NCBI GenBank assembly: GCA_016191285.1
Contig: JACPPA010000027.1
Span: 41,603-105,602 of the forward strand
Source: Gammaproteobacteria bacterium
Lineage (GTDB): Bacteria > Pseudomonadota > Gammaproteobacteria > Ga0077536
Direction: 5' to 3'
DNA: 64,000 bases
Made by a program: the position numbers and the translations under genes
Part shown: piece after piece, positions 8,918 through 19,362 of the stretch
Numbering within the stretch: the stretch's first letter is position 1
How the letters are laid out: each line of letters begins with the position of its first letter
The notes under the pieces: generated by a model
Seen by the model: only the letters and a program-made list of their open reading frames with translations
Told to the model about the DNA's origin: nothing
The model's database searches: none

Positions 8918-10780
8918 ATGACTACGACAACTGACAAGCAGACCTTAGGGTTTCAATCCGAGGTTAATCAACTCCTCGATCTCGTTATCAATTCGCTGTA
9001 CAGCAATCGCGATATCTTCCTGCGTGAACTTATCTCGAACGCCTCGGACGCGATCGAAAAACTGCGCTTTAGCGCCCTGTCCGACGAAACCCTCTACGAG
9101 GGCGACGCTGAACTCGCCATTACGATCGAGTTCGATACGACCAGCAAAACCGTGACCGTCCGCGATAACGGCATTGGCATGTCGCGGGACGACGTAATCG
9201 CGCATCTCGGCACCATTGCCAAGTCGGGGACCAAGGAGTTTTTTGGCGCTTTAAGCGGCGATGCACGGACGGATTCGCAGCTCATCGGCCAATTTGGCGT
9301 CGGCTTCTATGCGGCATTTATTGTTGCCGATCGGGTTACCGTCACCTCACGTCGCGCCGGATCATCTGACACCGCCGGCGTGCGCTGGGAATCGAGCGGC
9401 AAGGGCGAGTTCACGGTCGAAGAAGTCGTGCTGCCACGCCGTGGCACTGAAGTCATTTTGCATCTCAAGGATGACGCCACGGAGTACGCGGACGCATGGC
9501 GTTTACGCGGACTCATCAAGAAGTATTCCGATCATCTCTCGACCCCGATCCGCATGCTGGAGACCGGCGAAGGCAAGACCGGATGGGAAACGGTCAATAG
9601 CGCGACCGCGTTGTGGTTGCGGAACAAGCAAGAACTAAGCGACGACGACTACAAGGGCTTTTATAAACACATCGCCCATGACTTCGAGGACCCACAAGCG
9701 TGGAGCCACTCCAAGGTCGAAGGCAAGCTCGAGTACACGACCCTGCTCTTCGTGCCGACTCGGGCTCCGTTTGATCTGTACGAACGCGATGCCAAGCACG
9801 GTATCAAGCTCTATGTGCAACGCGTCTTCATCATGGACGACGCCGAACAGTTGCTGCCGCGTTATTTGCGGTTTATTCGCGGCGTGGTTGACACCAAGGA
9901 TCTCCCGCTCAATGTGTCGCGTGAGATTTTACAGCGAAACAAGACCATCGACACCATCCGTGCGGCGTCAGTGAAAAAGATCCTAAGCCTGCTCGAGGGA
10001 TTGAGCGCCGAGGACTACGCGAAATTCTGGAAAACCTTCGGGCGCGTACTAAAAGAAGGGGTGATTGAAGATCATGCGAACCAGGAGCGGATTGCAAAGT
10101 TGCTGCGGTTTACGAGCACTTTTCAAGATAAATCCGAACCGAGCGTGTCGCTGACTGACTATTGTGCGCGCATGCAGGACGGGCAAAAGGCCATCTATTT
10201 CTTAACCGCCGAGAATTACGCGACGGCGAAGAACAGTCCGCATCTGGAAGTATTTAAGACGCGGAATATCGAAGTACTGCTGCTCACCGATCCGGTCGAC
10301 GAATGGATTTCGACCCACTTAACCACCTTTGACGAGAAGCCGCTGAAGTCGATCCTCCACGGCAAGCTCGAACTACCCGGCGATGTGGCGCCCGCGGATA
10401 GCGACGAGGAGCGCAAGCCGTCGGAATTAGTCGAGCGCATCGCGAAAACTCTGGACGGCAAAGTTAAAGCAGTGCGCGAATCGCAACGCTTGACGTCCTC
10501 TCCGGCGTGTCTGGTCGCTGACGAGTTCGACATGAGCGCCAATCTACAACGCATTCTAAAATCCGCGGGTCAGGAGGTTCCTCCGACGCAACGGGTGTTG
10601 GAAATCAACCTGAATCACCCATTATTGGCGCGCTTGGCGGCGGAAACGATGGAGGATAAGTTCGCAGCCTTGGCCTCAGTGGTCTACGAACAAGCGTTGC
10701 TCGCCGAGGGCGGGCGCTTGGACGATCCGGCGGCATTCGTGCAGCGCATAAACGAATTGTTGGTCGGCGCCGCTTCGTAA
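8918..10780 (+). CDS. htpG: Molecular chaperone HtpG (Hsp90)
   Basis: ATG at 8918 gives MTTTTDKQTLGFQSEVNQLLDLVINSLYSNRDIFLRELISNASDA. The extension upstream to 8768 has no HtpG similarity. Confidence 0.95.
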   Translation: MTTTTDKQTLGFQSEVNQLLDLVINSLYSNRDIFLRELISNASDAIEKLRFSALSDETLYEGDAELAITIEFDTTSKTVTVRDNGIGMSRDDVIAHLGTIAKSGTKEFFGALSGDARTDSQLIGQFGVGFYAAFIVADRVTVTSRRAGSSDTAGVRWESSGKGEFTVEEVVLPRRGTEVILHLKDDATEYADAWRLRGLIKKYSDHLSTPIRMLETGEGKTGWETVNSATALWLRNKQELSDDDYKGFYKHIAHDFEDPQAWSHSKVEGKLEYTTLLFVPTRAPFDLYERDAKHGIKLYVQRVFIMDDAEQLLPRYLRFIRGVVDTKDLPLNVSREILQRNKTIDTIRAASVKKILSLLEGLSAEDYAKFWKTFGRVLKEGVIEDHANQERIAKLLRFTSTFQDKSEPSVSLTDYCARMQDGQKAIYFLTAENYATAKNSPHLEVFKTRNIEVLLLTDPVDEWISTHLTTFDEKPLKSILHGKLELPGDVAPADSDEERKPSELVERIAKTLDGKVKAVRESQRLTSSPACLVADEFDMSANLQRILKSAGQEVPPTQRVLEINLNHPLLARLAAETMEDKFAALASVVYEQALLAEGGRLDDPAAFVQRINELLVGAAS

Positions 10781-10809
10781 CAGTTTCAGGGGCGCCAAGG
10801 TATGAGACA

Positions 10810-11715
10810 GTGGCGTCAACGGCACGCGCGTTAGTCCTTGAGGCCGAGGCGCGGTTTGTCGCAGCCGACCTCCACTTCGGTCATGGCACCGACAACGCAC
10901 GAGACGAAGCGGTTTTTCTGGTCTTTCATGCGCTCGGATTGCCGTTCGATTGCGACGAAGCAGCCTTGGATGTGGCGCTCCCGGTGGGCCGCGTGGCCGC
11001 CGCCGAGCGTCTCGTTCAAGCACGAATTAACACGCGGCGGCCCGCCGCATATCTCACCCAGCGGATGCGGTTTGCCGGACACGAGTTTTTCGTTGATGAG
11101 CGGGTATTGATTCCGCGCTCGCCGATCGCCGAACTCATCGCCGACGATTTCCAGCCGTGGCGCGGCGCCATACCCGTCGCGCGGATACTCGATATTGGCA
11201 CCGGTAGCGGATGCATCGCCATCGCGGCGGCGCTGGCTTATCCGACGGCGCAGGTCGATGCGACGGACATTTCAAGCGCCGCGCTCGCCGTCGCGGCACG
11301 CAATGTTGCGCACTATCAATTAAGTGCGCGTGTGCACCTTCACGCCGCGGATTTATATCCGCCAGCGCCTCCCGCGCCAAAACGCTACGATTTGATTATT
11401 GCCAACCCGCCGTATGTGCCGGCGAGCGAACGCAAAGACTTGCCGCCAGAGTATTTGCACGAGCCGGCGGTGGCGTTGTTCGCCGATGAGGATGGTTTGG
11501 CGTTGGTACGGCGGATCTTGGTCAACGCAGCCGAGTATTTGAATCCCGCGGGCCTACTCGTCATGGACACTGGCGGGAGTTGGCCGACGGTTGACCGCGA
11601 GTTTGCGTCGCTGCCGTTCACGTGGGTTGAACTCGCGCATGGCGGTGACGGAATTTGTGTTTTGAGGCGGCCAGACCTCGAAAAATTCGCGCGTGCCGCG
11701 CCGGGCTCGCGGTAG
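10810..11715 (+). CDS. prmB: Ribosomal protein uL3 N5-glutamine methyltransferase
   Basis: HFGHGTDNARDEA, RVLIPRSP, GTGSGCIA and IIANPPYV motifs. It lies directly upstream of aroC, as in E. coli. GTG start. Confidence 0.85.
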   Translation: MASTARALVLEAEARFVAADLHFGHGTDNARDEAVFLVFHALGLPFDCDEAALDVALPVGRVAAAERLVQARINTRRPAAYLTQRMRFAGHEFFVDERVLIPRSPIAELIADDFQPWRGAIPVARILDIGTGSGCIAIAAALAYPTAQVDATDISSAALAVAARNVAHYQLSARVHLHAADLYPPAPPAPKRYDLIIANPPYVPASERKDLPPEYLHEPAVALFADEDGLALVRRILVNAAEYLNPAGLLVMDTGGSWPTVDREFASLPFTWVELAHGGDGICVLRRPDLEKFARAAPGSR

Positions 11716-11727
11716 AATACCGCCATC

Positions 11728-12834
11728 ATGTCGGGTAACACTTTCGGCAAATTATTTACGGTGACCAGCGCGGGCGAGAGCCATGGTCCCGCGTATGTCG
11801 GCATCGTGGACGGGTGTCCGCCCGGTCTCGCGCTGTCGGAAGCGGATTTACAGCGCGATCTCGACCGCCGCAAGCCCGGTCAATCCCGCTATACCACCCA
11901 ACGTCGTGAAGACGATCGCGTAAACGTTTTGTCCGGCGTGTTCGAGGGGCGGACCACCGGGACACCGATCGGATTGTTAATCGAGAACACCGATCAGAAG
12001 TCCAAGGATTATCTGGCGATCGCCGACAAATTTCGACCTGGCCACGCGGATTACACCTATCGTCAAAAATATGGTCTGCGCGATCCGCGCGGGGGCGGAC
12101 GCGCATCGGCCCGCGAAACCTGCATTCGAGTCGCGGCGGCCGGTATCGCAAAAAAATATTTGCGAGAACGACTCGGCATTGAAGTACGCGGTTACCTCGC
12201 GCAACTCGGTTCAGTGGTGTTGCCGTTCGCGGACTGGGATCAAGTTGAGCAAAACCCATTTTTTTGCGCCAATGCGGTATACGTCGCCGAACTCGAACGC
12301 ACGATGGACGAACTGCGCCGCAGCGGTGACTCGATCGGCGCGCGAATCAATATCGTCGCGAGCCGCATGCCGGTGGGTTTAGGTGAACCGGTGTTCGGTC
12401 GTCTCGATGCCGAAATCGCGGCTGCGATGATGGGCATTAATGCCGTTAAAGGCGTCGAGATTGGCGACGGGTTCGCGGTGGTCGGGCAACGCGGGACAGA
12501 ACACCGAGACGAGCTGACGCCTACGGGATTTCGTTCGAACCACGCGGGTGGGATCCTCGGCGGGATTTCGAGCGGACAGGATCTCGTGGTGAGCATCGCG
12601 TTGAAACCGACGTCGAGTATTCGTCTGCCGGGTCAGACGATTGATGAGCATGGGACACCGAGCGAAATCGCAACGCTTGGCCGTCACGATCCCTGCGTTG
12701 GGATCCGTGCCACGCCAATCGCAGAGGCGATGCTCGCGCTGGTTTTAATGGACCACGTGCTAAGACATCGTGCGCAGAATGCCGATGTGCACTCGACCAC
12801 CCCCGATATTTGCGCGGCCGAGCGTCAATCGTAA
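11728..12834 (+). CDS. aroC: Chorismate synthase
   Basis: 368 aa with [40 protein letters not shown] and GRHDPCV. Confidence 0.97.
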   Translation: MSGNTFGKLFTVTSAGESHGPAYVGIVDGCPPGLALSEADLQRDLDRRKPGQSRYTTQRREDDRVNVLSGVFEGRTTGTPIGLLIENTDQKSKDYLAIADKFRPGHADYTYRQKYGLRDPRGGGRASARETCIRVAAAGIAKKYLRERLGIEVRGYLAQLGSVVLPFADWDQVEQNPFFCANAVYVAELERTMDELRRSGDSIGARINIVASRMPVGLGEPVFGRLDAEIAAAMMGINAVKGVEIGDGFAVVGQRGTEHRDELTPTGFRSNHAGGILGGISSGQDLVVSIALKPTSSIRLPGQTIDEHGTPSEIATLGRHDPCVGIRATPIAEAMLALVLMDHVLRHRAQNADVHSTTPDICAAERQS

Positions 12835-12842
12835 GTTCCTGC

Positions 12843-13916
12843 GTGCCCGAATCCGGCGCTAATATTGCTCGCGCCGACCCTGCGGCCGCTCTGCAGGAGT
12901 TAAGTGAAGCGGTACGGGTGGCCGCCAGCGCGCGTACGCCGCTGCGAATCGTCGGCAGCGATAGCAAACAAAAATGGTGGCGGACTCGCGCGGTTTCGCG
13001 CCTGGACATGCGATCTTATCGTGGGATTGTTGCCTACGAACCTTCCGAATTGGTGCTCACCGCGCGCACCGGCACCCTGCTTGGTGAAATCGAAAACACC
13101 CTAGCCGCGAGCGGCCAGATGCTGGGTTTCGAGCCGCCGCGTACCGGCCCCGACGCGACGCTGGGCGGGGCGATCGCCGCGGGATTCGCTGGGCCGGCGC
13201 GTCCTTATCGCGGCGGCGTGCGCGATTTTATGCTGGGCGCGTCACTGCTTAACGGCGCCGGCGAAGTGCTTAAATTTGGCGGGCGTGTCATGAAGAATGT
13301 CGCGGGCTACGATGTTTCGCGCCTGGTCAGCGGTGCCTGGGGTCGCTTAGGCCCACTCCTCGAAGTGTCGTTGCGGGTAGTTCCCGCACCCGCGATCACG
13401 ACCTCGATCGCCTGGCGCTGTGAGGCAGGCGAAGCGCTCGCACGCGCCGCCGAATTTGCGCGTCAGCCGCATCCCATTACCGCGCTCGCCTACGATGGCG
13501 TCGAACTGCGCATGCGATTGGCGGGCGCCGAACGCGCGGTGGCGGAGAGTATCGCGAAGCTACAGCCCACGTTGCGTGACGACGAGGCGAACGATTGGGC
13601 GCAGTGGCGCGACTTTTCGCATCCGCATTTTTCCAATGCCGAAACGTTATGGCGCGTGGTAGTGCCGCCGGCGACTCGGTTACTCACTATCCCGGGATTC
13701 ACGTGGTGGGACTGGGGTGGCGCGCTACGCTGGGTGCGTTCAAGTGCAGTCGCCGAAGAAATCCAGGCGGCGGTCGCCCGCGTCGGCGGTCATGCATCAT
13801 GCTGGCACGAACCGCGTGCTACGGTCGGACAACTCGATCCGCTTGACGCACTGGAAGCCCGCGTCAAGCAAAGTTTCGATCCGCTGAATCTGTTCAATCC
13901 GCCGGTAGAATCCTGA
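12843..13916 (+). CDS. glcE: Glycolate oxidase FAD-binding subunit GlcE
   Basis: TPLRIVGSDSK, YRGIVAYEPSELVLTARTGT and VMKNVAGYDVSRL motifs. I prefer the GTG at 12843, 9 nt after the aroC stop, over the TTG at 12810. The start is uncertain. Confidence 0.8.
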   Translation: MPESGANIARADPAAALQELSEAVRVAASARTPLRIVGSDSKQKWWRTRAVSRLDMRSYRGIVAYEPSELVLTARTGTLLGEIENTLAASGQMLGFEPPRTGPDATLGGAIAAGFAGPARPYRGGVRDFMLGASLLNGAGEVLKFGGRVMKNVAGYDVSRLVSGAWGRLGPLLEVSLRVVPAPAITTSIAWRCEAGEALARAAEFARQPHPITALAYDGVELRMRLAGAERAVAESIAKLQPTLRDDEANDWAQWRDFSHPHFSNAETLWRVVVPPATRLLTIPGFTWWDWGGALRWVRSSAVAEEIQAAVARVGGHASCWHEPRATVGQLDPLDALEARVKQSFDPLNLFNPPVES

Positions 13917-13926
13917 CGTTCTGGTA

Positions 13927-15168
13927 ATGCGCGCGAAATTAACCGACGAAATACTCGGCAGTGCTGACGGAAAGGAAGCCGAAGCGATTTTGCGTGCTTG
14001 CGTGCATTGCGGATTTTGTAATGCGACCTGTCCGAGTTACCAAGTGGTTGGCGATGAGCGCGATGGCCCACGAGGACGCATTTACTTAATGAAAAGTTTG
14101 CTGGAAGGGTTGCCTGGTGATGCGCTAACGCAAACACACCTCGATCGTTGTCTCGGCTGTCGGGCCTGCGAAACGACGTGTCCGTCCGGGGTCCGCTATG
14201 GCCGCTTGCTGGATTTCGTTCGACCCCGCTTGGAGCAGTCCATGCGGCGTCCTGCGCGTGTGCAGTTTGTCCGCTGGTTGTTGCGTAAAATCGTGCCGAG
14301 CCGGGTGCGCTTTGGCGCCCTATTATTCGTCGGGCGCTGCTTGCGGCCGGTATTGCCTAAGTCCATTGCGCGCCTGATTCCAGAGCGCCACGCGCGCCTG
14401 GTTGTGCGTCCGCGCGTACGTGCGACGCATAATTTCGCGCTGCTCGCCGGTTGCGTGCAGCAGGTCGCGGCGCCCCAGATTAACGATGCGGCGCAGGTGG
14501 TGTTGAGCGCTTTGGAGCTTGGAATAATCGCACCCGCCAAAGCGACCGGATGTTGTGGCGCGCTCGCCCTTCATCTTGGGGCGAACGAGGAAGCGAAGGT
14601 CTGCGCTCGACGCAATATCGACGCCTGGTACCCGCTGTTGAAATCGCGGCAAATTGAAGGCGTCCTATCGGCCTCGAGCGGGTGCACGCAAATCATTAAG
14701 GACTACGGTCACTTATTGCGTGACGAACCGAATTACGCGGAACGGGCGGAAGTGATTGCCGCCGCGACCCGAGATCCGAGCGAAGTCATCGAGTGCGAGT
14801 CTTTGCGCGCACACTACGCCAACCGCAGTGGCGCAAGCTTGCGCATCGCGTTTCAATCGCCGTGTAGCTTGCAACACGGTTTGCGCATCAACGGCACGAT
14901 CGAAGCGCTGCTGGAAGCCGTTGGATGCACGCTCGCGCCTAGCCTGGAGGGACATTTATGCTGCGGTTCAGCGGGCGCTTATTCGATTCTGCAGCCGGCT
15001 ATTGCGGAGCCCTTACTCGCGCGGAAGCTCCACAATCTGGGGGCGGCTAAACCTGCGATGATTGCAACCGCCAACATCGGCTGTCAGCTACATCTCGCGA
15101 AAGATGCCACCGTACCGGTGCGGCATTGGCTGGAAATCCTCGCGGCTCGAATCGCTAAGGTAAGTTAA
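13927..15168 (+). CDS. glcF: Glycolate oxidase iron-sulfur subunit GlcF
   Basis: CVHCGFCNATCPSYQ and CLGCRACETTCPSGV clusters, plus C-terminal CCG-type repeats. Confidence 0.92.
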   Translation: MRAKLTDEILGSADGKEAEAILRACVHCGFCNATCPSYQVVGDERDGPRGRIYLMKSLLEGLPGDALTQTHLDRCLGCRACETTCPSGVRYGRLLDFVRPRLEQSMRRPARVQFVRWLLRKIVPSRVRFGALLFVGRCLRPVLPKSIARLIPERHARLVVRPRVRATHNFALLAGCVQQVAAPQINDAAQVVLSALELGIIAPAKATGCCGALALHLGANEEAKVCARRNIDAWYPLLKSRQIEGVLSASSGCTQIIKDYGHLLRDEPNYAERAEVIAAATRDPSEVIECESLRAHYANRSGASLRIAFQSPCSLQHGLRINGTIEALLEAVGCTLAPSLEGHLCCGSAGAYSILQPAIAEPLLARKLHNLGAAKPAMIATANIGCQLHLAKDATVPVRHWLEILAARIAKVS

Positions 15169-15196
15169 CGGCGAGCAGCGTTACCGCTGGCGGTAT

Positions 15197-15222
15197 TGTG
15201 GGAGCTGCTTTGAGCTTCGAAT
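15197..15222. repeat. REP-family palindromic element (degenerate copy)
   Basis: TGTGGGAGCTGCTTTGAGCTTCGAAT. It belongs to the same family as the copies at 21304 and 38872-39055 and lies between the convergent glcF and mlaA. Confidence 0.7.
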
Positions 15223-15229
15223 CTTTACG

Positions 15230-15994
15230 CTAGTAAATCTTCAGCACCGCTGCGTCCGATTTTTCTTCGTCGTAATTCTCGTAGCCTTCGCCTGGCGGAT
15301 TCCCGTCGTAAATTTTATATTCACGTTGCTGACGGTAGGCTTCGCGCACGAAGGTATAGGGATCGAGTGCGGCTTGGTCACGAATGCTGGTGGCTTCGAG
15401 CAGGTTCGCGCGGGTATTCACCGCACTTAAAACCCCAATCGGAATCGTCACGATGCTGTTAACCCAGGTTAACGGGTTAAGCGCCATGCTCGATGCCAAA
15501 TTGGGTAGATCGCGGAACGAATTTGGACCGATCACTGGCACTACCAGATAAGCACCTTCACCCATACCCCAGGTTCCGAAGGTTTGGCCGAGGTCTTCGT
15601 CATGCGACACCAAGCCAATTTTCGTCGCTGGGTCAAACAGGCCACCGACGCCAACCGTGCTGTTGACGACAAACCGACCCGTGTCGGACGCGAACTGTCC
15701 CCCCTTACCCTGGAGCAAGTCGTTCGCGATGACGTTTATATAATTAACGTTGTCAAAGAATTTAGTCACCCCAGCACGCACGGGCTCCGGTGTCACTTTG
15801 GCGTAGCCGCGGGCCACGGGCTCGAAGAAATTCCGGTCTAGCGTGTCGTTAAAGCCATAGGCTTTGCGGTTAAATCTCTCGTAGGGATCATTGGCATCGC
15901 TCGTCTCGGCAGTCTTGGGCGTAGAAGCACAGCCTGCGCCGAGTAAGCTCAAGGTCAACGCGAATACGAACGTACTATTTCTCTTATTTAGCAT
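15230..15994 (-). CDS. mlaA: MlaA/VacJ-family outer-membrane lipoprotein
   Basis: ATG at 15994 gives MLNKRNSTFVFALTLSLLGAGC with a lipobox. YERFNRKAYGFNDTLDRNFFEPVARGY is the VacJ signature. Confidence 0.85.
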   Translation of the reverse strand: MLNKRNSTFVFALTLSLLGAGCASTPKTAETSDANDPYERFNRKAYGFNDTLDRNFFEPVARGYAKVTPEPVRAGVTKFFDNVNYINVIANDLLQGKGGQFASDTGRFVVNSTVGVGGLFDPATKIGLVSHDEDLGQTFGTWGMGEGAYLVVPVIGPNSFRDLPNLASSMALNPLTWVNSIVTIPIGVLSAVNTRANLLEATSIRDQAALDPYTFVREAYRQQREYKIYDGNPPGEGYENYDEEKSDAAVLKIY

Positions 15995-16060
15995 GGTGCC
16001 GTTTCCGATGGGTTTAGCGAGATAGTCTTGTGCTTTAAGACACACGGGCGCTTAAATTCG

Positions 16061-16669
16061 TTACTTATTTGCAGCCTCGTATGATGCAACCTTAGCATTG
16101 AGTTTGGCAATAAGAGTGTCAATTCCGTTACTCCCTATAACGGCGGTGTACTCGGCGCGCTTTAGCGAAAGATCGGAGACGCCGTCAGCAACTACGTTAA
16201 TAATGCGCCACCCATCGGCTGATTTGCCCAGGGCATAGTCGAGGGTGTCTTCTTTACCATCTGGCTTAACGATGGCAGTTTTGACCAATTGCGCGTTCTT
16301 TTTGTCTTCCACGCCGCGCGTTTCAAATCGTTCGTTGCCAAACGAGCTGAAATTGTCGGCATACGTGGCGATACTGAGTTGAGTGAACACCGCGATGAAT
16401 GCTTGCTGCTTGGCCTTGTCGAGTTTCGCCCAATAGCGACCAGTGACCAGCCGTGCGATCCCGGCGAAATCAAAGGCGTCGCGCAAAACGGGCTCTAATT
16501 TCGAAGCGCGCCCTTTGTACCCCAAGGATTTTCCGTCCCGCATGGTTTCGAGTAGCGCGCTATGCAATTTCTCGACGGTGGCTTGCGGCGATGATTCAGC
16601 CGCATGGGCGGCCGGGGAACCTAGGCAGAGTGCGGCCAACCCGGCGATCAAGTAACGGTTAAAGCGCAT
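16061..16669 (-). CDS. hpnM: MlaC/Ttg2D-family periplasmic lipid-binding protein (HpnM-like)
   Basis: Signal peptide MRFNRYLIAGLAALCLGSPAAHA and a Ttg2D-like body (FDFAGIARLVTGRYW...). It lies between mlaA and hpnB. Confidence 0.6.
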   Translation of the reverse strand: MRFNRYLIAGLAALCLGSPAAHAAESSPQATVEKLHSALLETMRDGKSLGYKGRASKLEPVLRDAFDFAGIARLVTGRYWAKLDKAKQQAFIAVFTQLSIATYADNFSSFGNERFETRGVEDKKNAQLVKTAIVKPDGKEDTLDYALGKSADGWRIINVVADGVSDLSLKRAEYTAVIGSNGIDTLIAKLNAKVASYEAANK

Positions 16670-16719
16670 CGATTTCTCCTTGTGAAGGATGCCGCGAATG
16701 GACCGCGATCCTCAAAATT

Positions 16720-17871
16720 TTAATGATTGCTACCCGTCACGGCTGATGTTCTGCGGTCGTAGACCCGGTTCTTCCAGCGCGAACGCTCTCCGAACCAAAA
16801 TCTAACGGCGGAAGTCCAGGTCATCGCCAAGTATAAGAAGGCCGCGATTGGCAAACTCACCATCCACCACCAGCGGCGCCGATAATACTTCACCGTTGGC
16901 CAATAGGTCGTGAACATCAAGCACAAGGCGGCCAGCGCGGCGCCGCGGACGTAGGCGTCTTGAACACACAGGCCGAGCACTGGCACGGCGAAGAGCAGGA
17001 GCATTAAACCACTGCAAAGGATTAATAGCAGCGATGAATAGCGCAGCTGGGTGAACGCCGTCCGCGCGACCATGTTCCAGATCGAGGAGAGGTCGGGATA
17101 GGGCCGAATCGCGCGAACAGCCGTCGACAGCCCGAGCCACAACCGGCCGCCCGCGTCTTTGATCCTGCGCGCCAGGGTACAGTCGTCGATTAACGCGCCA
17201 CGCAACGCCGCGAAGCCGCCGATCGCGTGCAAGGCTTCAGTTCGAATTAACACACAGCCACCGGCCGCCGCCGCGACCCAACGGGTGGACGCATTCGTCA
17301 ACGCGAAGGGATACAGCAGTTTGAAAAAATAAATAAACGGCGGAATCAACAATGACTCCCACGCTGAAACCATCGAGAGTTTTGCCATTACCGACACCAT
17401 CGTTCGCTCTTCATCTTCTAGCTTCCGGACGAGTGCTGACAGGATCCCCGGGGCAAGTTCGATATCGGCATCGAGCAAAAGCGTATAAGAGCTTTCGACG
17501 AGTCCAAGTCCCTGGTGTAGCGCCCAGAGTTTTCCACTCCAACCCGGCTCGGGCGCGCTGCCGTAAACAATTTCCAGGGTTGCCAGATTTTCGGCACACG
17601 CCACCGCGGCAGTTCCATCGTCGCTTTGATCGTCGACCACGATGATTTTAGCCACCTGGCCTTGGGCCGCGACGCCGCGTAAGGTACGGCCTATGGAATC
17701 GGCCTCATCGCGGGCGGGAATCAACACCGAAACGCTGCTGAGATCGCATACGATGTGTCCACTGGGGAGCGCTTCGATATGTTCAGCGGTGCTCCAGGGG
17801 CGCCACGGCAGGAGCGCGATCACCAACCAAATTACCAGCGCCGCGGCGGCCAAGCTCGACCACGCGATCAT
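16720..17871 (-). CDS. hpnB: Hopene-associated family-2 glycosyltransferase HpnB
   Basis: GT2 core (VSVLIPARDEADSIGRTL..., VVDDQSDDGT, LLLDADI) plus C-terminal TM segments. It is adjacent to hpnH. I chose the ATG at 17871; the alternative is a TTG at 17922. Confidence 0.75.
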   Translation of the reverse strand: MIAWSSLAAAALVIWLVIALLPWRPWSTAEHIEALPSGHIVCDLSSVSVLIPARDEADSIGRTLRGVAAQGQVAKIIVVDDQSDDGTAAVACAENLATLEIVYGSAPEPGWSGKLWALHQGLGLVESSYTLLLDADIELAPGILSALVRKLEDEERTMVSVMAKLSMVSAWESLLIPPFIYFFKLLYPFALTNASTRWVAAAAGGCVLIRTEALHAIGGFAALRGALIDDCTLARRIKDAGGRLWLGLSTAVRAIRPYPDLSSIWNMVARTAFTQLRYSSLLLILCSGLMLLLFAVPVLGLCVQDAYVRGAALAALCLMFTTYWPTVKYYRRRWWWMVSLPIAAFLYLAMTWTSAVRFWFGERSRWKNRVYDRRTSAVTGSNH

Positions 17872-17932
17872 CGGGCGGAGCTTAACTTTATGGACGTGGG
17901 TTGGGCCGCCGGCACGGCCCAACCGCGAGGAT

Positions 17933-19063
17933 TCAAGCGACGCGCTTGGCGTTACTGCTACCGGCGGCGCTATCCGTCCGCGCGACTAAGCGTGGCTTCG
18001 CCACCGGTTCGTCCGTGTAGTGGAAGGGCACTTCGGGCGCCATGGCGCCGGTGGTGCGCGGTCCACGCAGCAATACCTTGAGTGCTTTTAGCGGATGGGT
18101 AACGGTGTCATTGACGGCCGTCGCTTCATAACCGCAGTGAACCATACAGTCGGCACATTTCGGATTAACGCCGGTCCCGTATTTCTCCCATGCCGTGTCT
18201 TCGATGAGCGACTTGAAACTGGTGGCATAGCCTTCGCCAACCAACAAATAGCACGGCTTCTGCCAGCCAAAGACGTTACGCGTTGGGTTCCCCCACGGCG
18301 TGCAGTGGTAGGTTTGATTTCCAGCCAGAAAGTCCAGATACAAGGTGGACTGATTGAAGCGCCAGCCGCGGCCTTTGCCCGTTTTGAAGAGGTCGCGGAA
18401 CAATTGCTTGCTGGAAGTACGCTTCAAAAAGACGTCTTGTCGTGGGGCTCGCTCGTAGCTGTAGCCGGGCGAGATCGTGACGCCTTCAACCCCGAGTTTC
18501 ATCATGTCATCCATGAACTGCGCGACTTCGTCGGCTGCTTCACCTTGGAACAGGGTGCAATTGACGGTAACGCGGAAGCCGCGGGCCAGCGCGATTTGAA
18601 TCACTTCGACGCACTTGTCGTAAACCCCGTCGCGACATACCGAAGCGTCGTGACGATCGCGATTACCATCGAGATGAATGGAGAAGGTTAAATAGGGCGA
18701 CGGCGTGTACTCGTCCATTTTTTTCTCGAGTAACAGCGCATTGGTGCAGAGGTAGACGAATTTCTTGCGCTCGATATAGCCCTGAACGATCTGTCGCATG
18801 TCGCGGTGAATCAGCGGTTCGCCGCCGGCAATCGAGACGATAGGCGCGCCGCATTCGTCGATGGCGGTCATGCAGTCTTCAAAGCTCAAGCGCTTGTCGA
18901 GGATATCGTCGGGATAATCAATTTTGCCGCAGCCGGCGCAGGCGAGATTACAGCGAAACAACGGCTCTAACATGAGCACTAAGGGAAAGCGTTTAACGCG
19001 CTTCAATTTCTGCGTGAGAACGTAGCGACCAACGCGATATTGCTGAATTAATGGAACGCCCAT
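17933..19063 (-). CDS. hpnH: Radical-SAM adenosylhopane synthase HpnH
   Basis: FPLVLMLEPLFRCNLACAGCGKIDYP contains the CxxxCxxC motif. 376 aa, with the typical HpnH N-terminus MGVPLIQQYRVGRYV. Confidence 0.9.
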   Translation of the reverse strand: MGVPLIQQYRVGRYVLTQKLKRVKRFPLVLMLEPLFRCNLACAGCGKIDYPDDILDKRLSFEDCMTAIDECGAPIVSIAGGEPLIHRDMRQIVQGYIERKKFVYLCTNALLLEKKMDEYTPSPYLTFSIHLDGNRDRHDASVCRDGVYDKCVEVIQIALARGFRVTVNCTLFQGEAADEVAQFMDDMMKLGVEGVTISPGYSYERAPRQDVFLKRTSSKQLFRDLFKTGKGRGWRFNQSTLYLDFLAGNQTYHCTPWGNPTRNVFGWQKPCYLLVGEGYATSFKSLIEDTAWEKYGTGVNPKCADCMVHCGYEATAVNDTVTHPLKALKVLLRGPRTTGAMAPEVPFHYTDEPVAKPRLVARTDSAAGSSNAKRVA

Positions 19064-19362
19064 TTAGGTCCCCTAGATGCTGTTAAAACCATTTAAATTT
19101 CAAGGGATTGTCATGCCAGTTAGCGGCGCATATTACGGTATTGTAACGGCAATCGGAAGGCTTAGTTGAGCGTCGCGTGGCGCAAAAATTTCGGGGCGTG
19201 GGACGCGTGGCGATCACTTTCTCTAGCAATGAAGTCGGCGCCCGCACGTGGCGTTAATCAACTGTTCAGCGAACACCAATGCAGGCTTGCAAGGCTGGGA
19301 ACGCCTATCCATAATCGATCCCCCACGATGTTACCGCAGGCCTGGTTAGCGAACGCTCCGAG

